DNA from: Eledone cirrhosa
Lineage: Eukaryota
Direction: 5' to 3'
DNA: 64,000 bases
Assembly: GCA_964016885.1 (NCBI GenBank)
Contig: OZ024740.1
Coordinates: 332,940,001 to 333,004,000, forward strand
The notes beneath the pieces were generated by a model. It was not told where the DNA came from and made no database searches. It was given only the letters and a program-made list of their open reading frames with translations. Of the stretch, positions 1 through 12,547 are shown one piece after another. Position numbers and translations under genes: made by a program. Position 1 is the first letter of the stretch. Each line of letters begins with the position of its first letter.

Positions 1-2090
1 AAATGTGAATTATTCGACCCAGAATAGCCTGACGTTTTATATGATGAAAGGATAACTGCCAAAGTGATAGATTGATTTACTACTGAAATATTTCTGGATT
101 TTACCACATATTTTCGTTAAAATTGTTTGCAGTGGTTGACAATTCCAAGACGTATGATACTAAGCCGTACGCATCACTGGCAAATGACAAAAGTATAAAA
201 AATATGCCATTCTCCCAAAAAGGAATGTTTATATTCATATTTATATATATATAAATTATGAAAAATGGAGCGTTGAAAATGAATATACCGTTACACTGTT
301 GATGATTTAACGTGTCTCAAATTTGATTGAACAGACATAAAGTGCTACAAATAAAATTTGTAATCTTTTAAATGCCAATATGTTTTAGAGTATCATACAA
401 AATGGATGTCTCAAGAGCTTATTCAGAAAAAATAACTTGCTAGGCAAATAGTAATTTTCCTTTGAAAACAGATACTTATACAAAGATAACTAGTTTCAAT
501 AATTATCAGACATATTGAGCGTTAGAGCTAGTCATTACATAAACGAAACTTATTTCGTTGCATAAATACAGTCTATATGAAATCAATTATAGCCAAATAG
601 ACGAAAGCATGCAGTGTGCGCGCGTGATGACTTGCATATAAGGGACTAGTAGCTAAATTGTGAATTAGACCAATGCATATATAGTGAACAGTGTTGCTAT
701 GTCTGAAACATTATTTAATTACTATCTATAACAGATTGTTTTCTTTTAGATGTTGTCAAATATTCAAATATGATGTATATGACGTGTGACAGCGTTATCT
801 ATATAAGTTATTATCTCGCTGAGGAACTAACTGGACATGTTTAGTAATTTAGGCCTCTTTCCGAAATAATTAATTTCTGAGTAAAGAAATTAGTATTCAT
901 TGGAAAGTAGGTTTGCTTCATTGTGATGGTAAAAGTGCTAGCTGAGGTCATTATTGATTTTGAAGCTATTATTCTCAGGGATTTTTAGTGAGTTAATTGC
1001 TTGTACTCCAAGACTAGGGAAAAGTGTATATGTTCGCTTCCTTGATATGTGGAACGTTTGTGCCATTTTTGTTCTATGATAAAATATAGATTCCTCCGTC
1101 TATAAAATATAGCCAAATCTATATTATGGAATGCGTTTGATGTTTCTATTGAGGGCAGTGTATGCAGGCACAATAAAAATGTATGTAAATATAAACTATA
1201 TAAATACAAATATTTAATCTAAATCTATTTAAATTAGCAGACTTCGTAATATCTATTGACATTTCCGAATTATAATATTCTTATAATTTTGATTCCATAA
1301 ATAAACTCGAAACCTCACAAAATTGGTACAAATACTTATGTTGACATTGTAGTTTGATATATCGCCCTTGAAGAACGAAAGCGATGTTAGCTTGGTGTAT
1401 GAATTCGAATTCAGAATGTAACGACTAGTATATTACAAACGTTTTGACGGAACCATCATTCTACTTTATTATAGTTGAAAATTAAATCTAGTGTAAACAA
1501 TTTATGGTCTCTGTCGTTCTTGTCGTTCTTCAGGTACATCATATGTTATAGAGCAGCTGCTACCCTCAGATAATTTATAAACCACTTACGAAATTTCTAG
1601 GCAAGAAAAGGAGTACTCTTTGTAAGCTATGTACTATTTTACTACCCAAGTGTAGCGCTGTTAAATGCGTTCCTACATTTACCACATTACTATTTTATAA
1701 TCCTCAATAAACCCAACTTTATTACCAAAACTACTGCCCTTACAATAATGTTCAACACACATCGTTTCAATAGTTATATGAACGACTACAGTTCAAACGA
1801 TATACTGTAGGTTGAGCTTTTCTAATATTTTTATAACTATAATAATGGAAGAACCGTGTATAAAATAGGAAATTCATTAAATTATACATTAACCTTCTTC
1901 TTTTCTTTTTCGCCGGAAACTTTCATAATCTTTGCTGATCCACATATGTCTAATTTTCAAAATTAAAAAAGATAAACGAAATGAAAAAAACAACAATTAT
2001 TTCCTTCAAATAGAAGTACAACCCTTCACTTTACATTCTATACAAGCATTGCATCGACGACATCCACCCCATCAACATGACCTATCAGCT

Positions 2091-2273
2091 AATAATTGTT
2101 TCTAATTTTGGCACAAGGCCAGCAATTACCCAGTACATTACTGGTACTTGATTGTATCGACCCAGTAAGGATGAAAGGCAAAGTTAACCTCGACGGGATT
2201 TGAACTCAGACCGTAAAGGGACGTAACTATGCTGGAAAGTATAGTGTCCCGCCCTCTACCGATACTGCAGCTA
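2091..2273 (-). mobile_element. tRNA-derived SINE (octopus-type), near full length
   Basis: Minus strand has an A-box-like GCAGTATCGGTAG, a B-box-like GAGTTCAAATCCC and the body TTTGCCTTTCATCCTTAC..GTCGATA. Near-identical to copies at 25923-26108 and 26239-26406. Confidence 0.75.
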
Positions 2274-3621
2274 ATAATGTGTTCTGAATTTGTATGTGTC
2301 CGACTAAATAATTCAGTGCGGAGGTGTCTATAGATAATTTTGTCTGAAAATATAAAAGTTTTCAAGATGATATATTATTCTCTATATTCTTATTTAATGC
2401 AGACAGAATTGTCTGTGTGTGGTTACCTTCGGGTTCAATAAGAAGACATTTTATTTCTATTCACATAGTGTTTTGTAATGCAAAATCGCTGTAAATACTA
2501 TGCAACACATATTATTTTCTTTGTGAGAAACACTTTTGCAATATGATCATGATTGGAACATTCTATTTCTGCTTGCGTTTCTCAATATCTCATTTTTTAA
2601 CGTGGTTTAATCAGATCGATACCTAAGTTCAAGGTAGCTATCTAATGAAATCAACTTCGCTTTCCGAGTGAAATAAACAAAAATTTAAAAATAAAATAAA
2701 ATAACACAATTTGGTTCGTTTTGTTTACATCTTTACCCTTTGCTCCAATTTATTTTCAATTCAGTTTCTGACTGAGATCGATATGCATCCACTTTGCTGA
2801 AATTATTTTTAACATTATTTGTTGTTTTTACTGAATCTAAACAATTGGTTTCTCTTAATAGTTTCTGTGCAGGAACTGTCTGCTAAAGCTAGATACAGTA
2901 TATATATGCATCATATACTGGTGAAAACATACAATGTCATTATTATTAGTTCTATTATTATTATTGTTATTAGTAAAAAGAAAATATTAAGATCAACTGC
3001 AAGAGCAATAATTATAATAATAATAATAATAATAATTGATATGATGATGGTGATAAGGATGAACAGTAGGGATTATCATACAACAGGGAAATATTAGAAA
3101 AAATACATCATTATTGATGTCTTTAGCATCAACATGAACAATACATGTATAAATAAGATTACTATATGTATTAATGAAATAACTACAGAGAAACAGAGGT
3201 TTCCATATTCAAGAGTTACTTTGAGAACAAATACATAGATATACTGGAAAGAATAAGAAGCAGCACAATATATATCATTAGAAATCGAAAGACAAAATAA
3301 TTAACATATTAGTATTCTGTTTGTGTAAATTAGAATGAGAAGGATCACATTTTGTGCAACATTATTTGTACAGACATTATTTGTACAGACAGAGGAACAA
3401 TACTATTACACACCCACATCATTCTATCTATCCCTCTCTGTATATATATATATATACAATATGTTGAAAATGTAACACACTAGAGAGAGATACAGTGCGC
3501 TATCAATAAAACAGTGAAAAACCACCAGTGTATGGAATCTATAACCTATGAAAGGCAGAGTATAGACACGATAATTAAAAATATAAATTAAAGCGTAAAT
3601 AAATACCTCTATAACTATATA

Positions 3622-3690
3622 ACACACGTGGTCTATTTCGCCAGTAAGTTGTTGACAGAAATAAAATAACCCAGGTTCATCAGCGTGTGT
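3622..3690 (-). other. Degenerate type I hammerhead-ribozyme-like motif (possible Penelope-like relic)
   Basis: Minus strand: ACACACG-CTGATGA-[imperfect stem II]-CGAAA-TAGACCA-CGTGTGT. The 7-bp stem I is perfect and both core boxes are present, but stem III and the UH site are not canonical. Confidence 0.35.
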
Positions 3691-4929
3691 AAGGCTATAC
3701 GTTTCAGACAACACTAAGAGCATTTTTAAAGCAACCGTCCAGCTACACGTGGGAGAGAGAAGTCTGGTGTTTTTTCCCTGTTTTATTGATAGCCCACTGT
3801 ATCTCTTCCAAGAACGAGACGCATGTATAGACTTTCAAGCTGCTTAGTGTTACTGAACATTTAACATCAGCGGTGATGTGGATTGGCTATATTTACAGCG
3901 GAAGGAGAATCCATTTAAGCTGGCGTTTTAAATCCATTTTAACTATCACACAAGTCCTAGTAACACTGAAGCAACACCGTTTACTGAAGAATTATGTAAA
4001 CTAACATCTCACCCTGGTTTATGAGTATGTAAATAAATACATTGTTAGGATAGTCACTACTCTAGAGGAGAGGCACGAAATGAAATCTGACACATATCTC
4101 TCTCCCAGGAAAATTCGAATTCTCTACTCAGTATCAAAACAAGCATGTTTACCAGTTCACAGAAATGGTTGTACAGGATACTTGAGATGAAACCGCAGAC
4201 CATAGAGGGGATAAACGATATTAAAACCTGATATTTAAATCCGACAAGTTCATAACATTCCATTTGAAGGATGACTGCATACATACACACGTAGATCATT
4301 AATACATACATACATTCATGCATCCATACATACAATAATTGCAACCCTAGATCTCAAAACTAGGAAGAAGTTCACAAAAAAAATATGAAAAATATATAAA
4401 ACGATTTTTATTTGAAGGGAGTAAAAAAAATAACTTCTAAATATAAATGAATCACGCTCAAACAAAAGAGATATCGGTTAGCGAAATTATTAACAATTAA
4501 TAAGAAATTCGGTACAAACAAATTATTTGTTTGTAGAGATGTGACAATTTATCAACGTCACTAGGCTCTGTCAGAAGAAAACTACCAGTATAAACAAAGC
4601 TCGGTTGGCATGGCATTGTCAATAACTGAATCTGTTCAATATTGACCAAGCGCGATGAAACTGCAAAATATCGGCTTGTGTCGACAACTGATATCATGTG
4701 TATGATATATTAGGTTATCAACCGTGTACCTAGTGAAGATTCAACTCTAGCCAAAGCTTCGTCTATACCTATAAGAAAGTCTGACGAAACGGATGAGGTT
4801 AGACAGGGAGATTCTGTATTTTAGTGTGTTTTATGAATTATGGATGAGTCTGGTGAAATTGACCCAAGTGAATGCGCCGGGAGAAGCTGAGAGAGGGCAT
4901 TTTTCTAGGCAACAGTCCATTTCAATATT

Positions 4930-6316
4930 TTCCGTAGATTTTACTTAACATCCAAGATATTCGAAAAATTTCACATACTTGAAATTGTTCCCATCAACCT
5001 TTATTTGGGAACTGGTGAAGTGGCACCATATTTTTGACACATCGTATTTACTTGGGCACAGAGCATGACTGGTGGTGATCTCTATTTTCCTTCTGCTGAT
5101 GTTAAGCCCGAATTCCTTACTTGCAGCAGAAAACACGTTACGTATTCCTGGGCTTCCGCCAATGAGGTTGCTATAAGTTCAGCCTTATCTGCAAAAAGGA
5201 GATAAGAATGATGCTGGTCCGTACATGCATTTTTGAATCGTTGTTGATTGAATAATCTACCACTAGTTCGACATTGGAGTTTAATAACTGTGTATTTTTC
5301 ACCGATGGCGTATTTCGGCTTCACTGTGAAGCATAGTGCAAAAGAACTGCAGCCATGATAAAGACTTGCTTTGTGTCATTTATCAGACCAGTGGAATCTG
5401 ACAACTCCTCATAAGGTAAAACAGTAGCTTTCATCACCACGTGGAAGGAAACTATGGTAAGCATCTTGTCAGTTATTCTAAATTTCTTTGAAATTTTCCA
5501 GAGTGCCTTCCGACTTGTCGGTGTCAAATGTCATGGTTAGATCAACGAACATCATATAAAGCAAGTGATTTCTCTCATGGACCTACTCAGCAATATAACG
5601 AAGAAAGAAACAATCTTATTGAGTACACTACGGCCTGAACGGAACCCACACTGTAATTTGGCGTAAATATCATCCACAATATATTAGATTATCCTATCGT
5701 GTATCAGCTGTAGCTAGGATTTTACCAGGAATTACAGAACAGCAATCCATTTTCATTTTCCTGAGAGCACACTCAACCTGAAGCTGGCACTTTGTGTATG
5801 CCTGTTGTTTTATCGATGAGATCATATGTATCCACGCGGTGTACGTTCTTGGATTAACAGGTGGAACTTCACGTTACTATCATCATACCAATCCTGCTGC
5901 TTCCGAACAGGTAGATAGAGATATTCGAAGCATACAGCGTGTCCAGTTTGTTGTAGAGCTCAGTTTGTTTACACGGGTTTTTAAACGTTGGGTGATATTG
6001 CGCCTGGGTTCGAATGGTGTTTGGAGTTTTATGAGGTGCCAATGACTGGGTTGGGGATGCATCCAGGATGTTTTGTGATAGTTTGGTTGTTGAAAAATAG
6101 TGTTGGTGATGGTCAAATTGAATTTTATACAGATGGAAAGATGGCAGATGATATTGCTGTCTTGCGTTCTGGTGTCGAGTCACTGTCTTGGCGTGCTCGT
6201 ACATTCCAAGAACCAAGAACTATTTGCTTCATATTCTTACTGCTTTTACTAGATAACAAGTCAGCTGAAGCAATGATGATGGTTCCTTTTATCGCTACTT
6301 CCCCTGCTTGGGGAAA
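4930..6316 (-). mobile_element. Degenerate RTE-clade LINE with internal deletions
   Basis: Fragments read on -: GSWNVR (APE start, ~6200), ITNTIFQQPNYHKTSWMHPQPSHWHLI (RTE APE end), LQCGFRSGRS (~5625-5660), LLFADKAELIA, FSAASKEFGLNIS, FEYLG. Many stops and frameshifts. Confidence 0.8.
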
Positions 6317-9300
6317 ACGTACAATTTGCCACCTCCCATGAGGTGAGGTCTCACTCTTTGGTAACTCTAAAGAGTGAAGGGTTAGTGCTGGTGCCCTCCT
6401 ACTGCGAGCTGAAGATTGTGAGAGTCAACGTAACCCAGGGCCCGTCCGACATGCCCATACCATGGCTGACCGTGTATTTCCTCGCCGGAGTCGAGGACAG
6501 GACGACAACACTGAAAGTGCAGAGGATAGGGAGGGAGAACTTGTCAGGTATTGGAATGCAAATGCTAATCCAAACTGACCAGGATGTATCGAGGCTATCC
6601 CGGACGTCATAGACCTCGAAGAAGGAGTTCAATGCCCCATAAGCATGGAAGGAAGGTGCCCAAAATGTTATCTCTGTGGGTCGAAGGGTCACCTCAGGGC
6701 CTTTTGCCAGCGGAATACAGCAAAGGAGAAGTCCCCCCTCCAACCGATGCCTGGTCCGGTGCTACCAGGATCAGGGCAGGCAACATAGGCATAAGGTCAT
6801 TCCAGTGAGTAAGGTGGCAACGTCCTTGTCACCCATATCAAGGCCACGGACAACTAAAACAGCGGCAGCAGTGGTAGCAACACCAACAGTCGCAGTAGCT
6901 ACACCGTTGACAAAATCGCCGGTGCGTGCTCCACTACCACCGCCAACAGCCGTGGAGTTCATACCCCTCCCAGACCCCACGAAATCTGACATGGAGTGTT
7001 AGGAAGGAGTGGAGTGGTAAAAGGTCTGACACAAAAACAACGGAAAAACCCATTAACTTCACCCTCCAAAAGCGAGAGCTAACAAAGAGGTTTGAGGGTG
7101 CAAGGCAACCTCAGGTGATTAAAAATAGATGTGGTGGCCATTAGCAAGACCAAAATTTCTGAAGCACGAGTCTTCGTGTCAATCTTCGGCGGCTAAGATT
7201 TATAGCATATTCCAGCCGTCCAGTAGCGGGGGGGGCGCCGTTGCTGTGCGTTTTCGGAGAGGCATGGATCTCGTCATACGGGCCATCTTCCTGCACCCAG
7301 AAGGTAAGTCGATGGTGCTGGTCGTGACCGGCAGAGAAAGAAATGCTTTCAGGCTAGTAGCCGTCTACGCCCCATCAGGGACAGACGGCCAGATTTCTTC
7401 AGACGTCTAGAGACCCTTCTGGGAACGCCCCGCTCTTTAGTGTTAGTGGGTGACTGGAACGGTATCTTAGATGCACGCTGGAATTATGTGTGGCTAGTAG
7501 ATAGGGGAGGAAGGTCTAAACGCCTCAACAACCTGCTCAGACGTTTACAACAGTCTGCCAGGTATCGACTGCATTATCCGAATGTGCCAACGTGGATATA
7601 GGCAAACCGCAACGGGTTATTCAGATCGTATCTAGATAGGGTATTCTGTAGGGAAACACATAATGCTAGTGTAGGTTATCCACAATTTAAAGTAATCTAT
7701 TACACGGACCACAAAATTTGTCATCTGTGAAGTCGACTTATATAGACTTCATAGGCAAGGACCCGGGTACTGGAAGCTGAACGCAGCGTTCCCGGCGCAC
7801 AAAGCTTACATAGACCGGATAAGCGAATTAGTTAAACGTGCGTTGACGGGTCCGATCGTAAATACTAGATGGTGGTTAACCCTAAAAATGACAATTAGAG
7901 TAGGACCAATACGGGTTAGCAAAGGAGTAGCAATAGACGAACATGGAGTGGAAGGAGATCTAGTTAGAAACCTAGAAGAGGCTTTTAGGATAGGCAACCA
8001 ACGTGCTTGCGGTGTGATTGGCACTCGACCAATTCTTCATAGTTCGACGGACTGCCGCGGCTCTCAACGACCACAGCGGAGTGCTGCAAATAGCCGATAA
8101 CAGCAGGTGAAATACGGGAAGTGATGTCTGACTGTACGAGGAGTAAATCGATAGGTTTGAATGGTCTGTTGTACGAGCTTTATGCGTACCTGCAATACTT
8201 TATGCGTACAAGCCTGCTTCTTGGCAGACGTCTACTGCAAATGACAGCTGAACGTGCGTATTCCCAGTTGTGTGAGTCGGGAGGAGGCAGTGCTGCCGAG
8301 AAAGGACCCGAGCAAAGGGGACGTCATAGACATCTTCAGGCGCATAACGAAAACATTTTGACCACGGTTTTAGCAACAAGAATGGCGCTTGTCGTCGATG
8401 ATCTGGTAGGAGAAGCGCAGACATGCGCCATTCCGGACAGATCCATCCACTATAACTTCTACTTCATGCGATACATCTTAGAGAGGGTTGTTAAGGGACC
8501 TGGTACGGATAGAGCCCTGATCCACTTGGATCAATCTAAAGAATTTGATAGGATCGATCATCTGCTCGGTTGTGAGAGTGAACGGTAACCTGTCACAGTC
8601 ATTCAGTATCATGGGCTTGGTCCGCTAGGGTTGTCCACTCTCGTCCCTCTTGTACGTATTTGCCCTCGAGCCGTTACTTGACATATTGGAGACGATGAGG
8701 TGCGTCCCACGCGAACTGGGATGCGGGAGATCCGTATTGGCTTACGCCGATGCCGTCACCGTGGTGGTGTCGAGCACCGCTCTCAAGTAATACGAAGCGG
8801 TGACATGAGCAGATATTAACCAGGAAAAGTATGTGGGATTGCAGCTCAGCACCTGGAGAGGCAAGTCCATGCCGTCCGACAGCGTCGTGGGGCGCTGGAC
8901 GGAAGAACCGCTTAAATTGCTAGGGGTCTGATTCTAACCGGACCTCCAGACGGACAAAAACTGGGACGAGGTGACGAGCTGGGTGGCTTCTCTCACCCAG
9001 AAATGTGCCGAGAGGAAGCTATCCCTGAAATATCGAGCGGAGGTGGCGAATGGGTTCTTCGCGTCTGTCATCTACTATCGCCTGACCGTCGGGAATTGTC
9101 CTAAGCCTCACCTGACTGCGTTGGACCGTTTGTTCTTTCACTTTTTGTGAACTGGACGCGCTCCGATATTCAGGCGGTCCATTTGCTGTCAACACCCGCT
9201 ACATGGAAGGATGGCCATGACGTGGCTGATGATGCGCAAACATACGCTTAGGCTACGGCATCTATACACCTTCCTCGAGGGTGATCAGGTGTGGTCGCCT

Positions 9301-10307
9301 TTTGCTAGACGCGCTTTTCCCCAGCTCCTTTCCTTGACGGAGCTGCAATCCTGGATCAAGCGAAGACCAAGAGGGAGCGCTTGGAGATTGGAACTTCTTC
9401 AGGCGCTCACAGCCCTTGACCAGTCGAGCGATGCGATCGGTGGAAACTCCACCTTGGCGTTCTATAGAGGATTAGTAGAGGGAAAGAGCAACGATGTCAT
9501 TGGGGAGACTTCTGGGCGTCGACGAAATTCAACTAGCCAATCACTGTGGGAGAACTTTCGGGCCCCATGGACAGATTTCAGAAATCCCTGGCCTGACAGT
9601 GTTACGGAGAAGATTTTCCAGTTTGGGATAAATTCTACAGGCATGGAAGTGACGTCAACCGGGCCTGTCCGGGATGAGCACTGAGCGACGAAACCGTCCT
9701 GCACACACTCGTCCAGTGTCCGAGCATTGCTGACTTGTGGGTTTATGTCGAACAACTGGTGTCACGTGTAGGACGGGCCCGGCTACCAGCTGTGTCCATC
9801 GTGAGGATTGCATCACCACCTTCCTTTAGCCAGGAAGGGCAGGCAGAATTTATCTGTCTGGTGGCCATGGCGAAAGAGGTCGCGTGGTAGACGCGTTTGA
9901 AAGGGCTGAAGACGAAGGCACTCATCTCTTCGGTGGGGCCCTGATTATCTTTTTCAAATTTCATTTGAAAGGGAACATTAGGGGGGGGAGTGCTCTCTTC
10001 CCAGCAATTTGTTGAATGATGGGTGAGAGAGACAAGCAGGGCCCTAGGAAATGGGACTGCTCTGAGTATACGCCTGTAAATTGGAGGTAGAAAACTGCGA
10101 GAGGGCACTTACCCTGGTGGTCAGGGATATCAGGCGTTTTAAATGGGCTTTATCCACGACTTCCCTTTTGGAAATTTTCCTTTGTTTCATTTTTGGTCAT
10201 TTCATTTCTTATTGCTTTTTCTTTACGCGCAGAAATGCCCATTTGCACCGTCCTGTTCTGTCCTTAATGTTATACTTTATGTAAACCCTTGTGGTTAATA
10301 AAGAAAA

Positions 10308-10308
<1 letters not shown>
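6317..10308 (+). mobile_element. Tx1/L1-clade non-LTR retrotransposon copy B: 5'-truncated, highly degenerate
   Basis: ORF1 remnant (LKSEGLVLVPSYC, similar to copy G), APE remnant (FRLVAVYAP), RT remnant (AQTCAIPDRSIH, LDQSKEFDRIDH). 3' UTR ends AATAAAGAAAAC then (ATT)n. Confidence 0.9.

Positions 10309-10362
<54 letters not shown>
10309..10362 (+). repeat. (ATT)n microsatellite at the B/C junction
   Basis: About 18 perfect ATT units between the 3' end of B and the 5' GGCGACCTAC of C. Confidence 0.97.
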
Positions 10363-10577
10363 GGCGACCTACGTAGGAAATCGTATCATCGGAAGCTCCG
10401 CAAATGTTTGTTGTTTTCGTTTGTTTAAAATTGCTATATATGGAAAATTTTTGTTGTTAACTATTTATAAAGTCACAAAATCTGCTTTCGGAAAAGGACA
10501 CTCAAACAGATTGGGGCCTTGAGCCCAAAATTTAAACTTTTATAATTATCAAAGAAAAAAAATTTCTTTGAAAAATC

Positions 10578-12513
10578 ATGGACGACTCACAGCTACACCA
10601 AGTAGCTGAGAGCCTTCCTCACAAACTAACACCTCACACCAACACAACCATTGTAAATATTACTACGTTTGCCAACACTAAAATTATAAGCAGTAGCAAT
10701 AATTTAAATTTGTCTCATGCAGACATTCATTTCCCGCCATTACCAATGACTGCAGGTGTTTAAACCGCCACACCCACCACCACCACAGCGACAACAGAAA
10801 CAAAATAAATAAATTAATTAATATCTCGTGACACCGAAATGGATTCACCCAAAATCGACTCTTCCACACCGAATACCACTGACGCACTACCACCACAACT
10901 GAAACTAAAAATAACAATAACAAAAATAACAATAACAACAACAATTAGAATAGCAACAAAAACCTCAACGCCACTGGGTCATTTGCCAGAGCAGCCAAAA
11001 AATGAGAACTAATCTAGGTAACTCAGGAGGAATTAGATGAAGCCAAGAGAATGGTAAAGAAAGATGGGTACAGGGTCAGCCTCACCCCCCCCCCTAATAA
11101 AAAATGGAAAATCGGCGCCTACGCACCGTGTCTCATCGGACAATTAACATAAAATCGCGCCGAGTGGAACGGGCATCCGAGTCCCAAATCCAAAAAGCTT
11201 TGGGACATGTGTGGGCAAAAAAAACACACATCAGACGGGGGAAGAAATATGGAACGTGGACGTGTTCTTTGAAACACCACAAGAGACCAGAGAACACTCC
11301 ATGGCCCCATTAAGAAGTGACGACTTCACACTCGTCCCAAGCTATTGTGTCCAGAGACTCGTGAAGATCAGCGTGAGCCACGTTCCACCGGCCATCGAAA
11401 TTCCTGGCTAATGGCTACCGTCCTCGCCGGCATCGAGGCCAACACCAAGATAATCGAAATAGCGAAAGAAAAGCAGGAGAACTGGTCCGGATCTGGGATG
11501 GAGCTCCTGATCCAAGCCGACCATAAAAGCATTGAGGAGATCCCAGAGGTAATAGACCTCACTGACGGCAGCCACCTCACCGTAATCGTCGAGGGCAGAA
11601 CGCCTAGGTGTGTCGTTTGTGGTGAAGGAAGCCACCTAAGGGCTTTCTGCCCTCAGCCTAAAAGGTTGAGGCCACCTCTCTTAACCACCCCAGTGACTCA
11701 ACCATCAACACCACCACCAGCAGAAATGGCAGCAACAACTGTAGCAGCAACAACAGAAACAACTGTAACAGCAACAACCCCAGCAACAGTAGCAAAACTA
11801 ACACCACCACCACCCAACGGACCAGAACTGGCACGAGCGCCTACACCATCCACCACACCACAACCAAAACCAACGCCTGTGGAGGATTTTCCACTCCCCG
11901 GCTTATCGCAACTGGAGACAGATTGTGAAGACGAGGAGTGGGAAACGGTATCAGGAAAAAAGAAAAAAAGAAACCAAAAAAGAAAAAAATTCTCTTCTTT
12001 CCCCCTCCTAAAACAAAATACAGAGGGAAATAAATAAATTACCAAACAAAAAAGTTAGGAGAGATATGCCACCATCCACACCAGCATCATCAACCCCATC
12101 ACTAGAAACACTAACACCATCACCATCATTAACCCCAACACCACCATCACCAACACCACAAAAGTCACCAAAAAGCGTAACAGAAACAAACCCACAACAA
12201 ACGCAACCAAAACGATACACACTATACAGCATTAAATTTGAACAACAACCAATTATTACACTACATGCAACACAACACCAGCATCACAGAAAAAGACTAC
12301 ACAACAACCCAAAAGTTCTCACCACCTCCACACATACAAATCACTCGCATCACACAGAAAACGTACACGACACTAAAACAAAAATTCCCCAAAGACATCG
12401 GAGACTTCCGACAAAGATTCTCCAGGAGGATTTATAAGGACATCCTTCCGGAGGAGGCCACGAGCTCCGAAAAGGATGGAGAAACCATCCTTCCTCTACG
12501 AGAACTAAGGTAA
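10578..12513 (+). pseudogene. Copy C ORF1 (RNA-binding, CCHC zinc knuckle), frameshifted
   Basis: Pieces 10578-10763, 11104-11411, 11345-12037 (CVVCGEGSHLRAFC) and 12238-12513 are collinear with H ORF1. Confidence 0.9.
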
Positions 12514-12547
12514 GTGGTCTTTCCCATCTTTTCCACTCCATCTCAAC

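Noticed and set aside
1-4900. Host gene exons (short ORFs; acceptor-like TTCTTCAG near 1533)
   Set aside because: No recognisable protein motif or consistent exon structure. The window may be intronic or intergenic; this cannot be decided from sequence alone.
11080-11110. Programmed frameshift in ORF1, since C, H and I all break near the poly-C run before the conserved core
   Set aside because: The lesion differs in each copy (A run, C run, G run) and D, F and G read through. Homopolymer slippage or sequencing error is sufficient.
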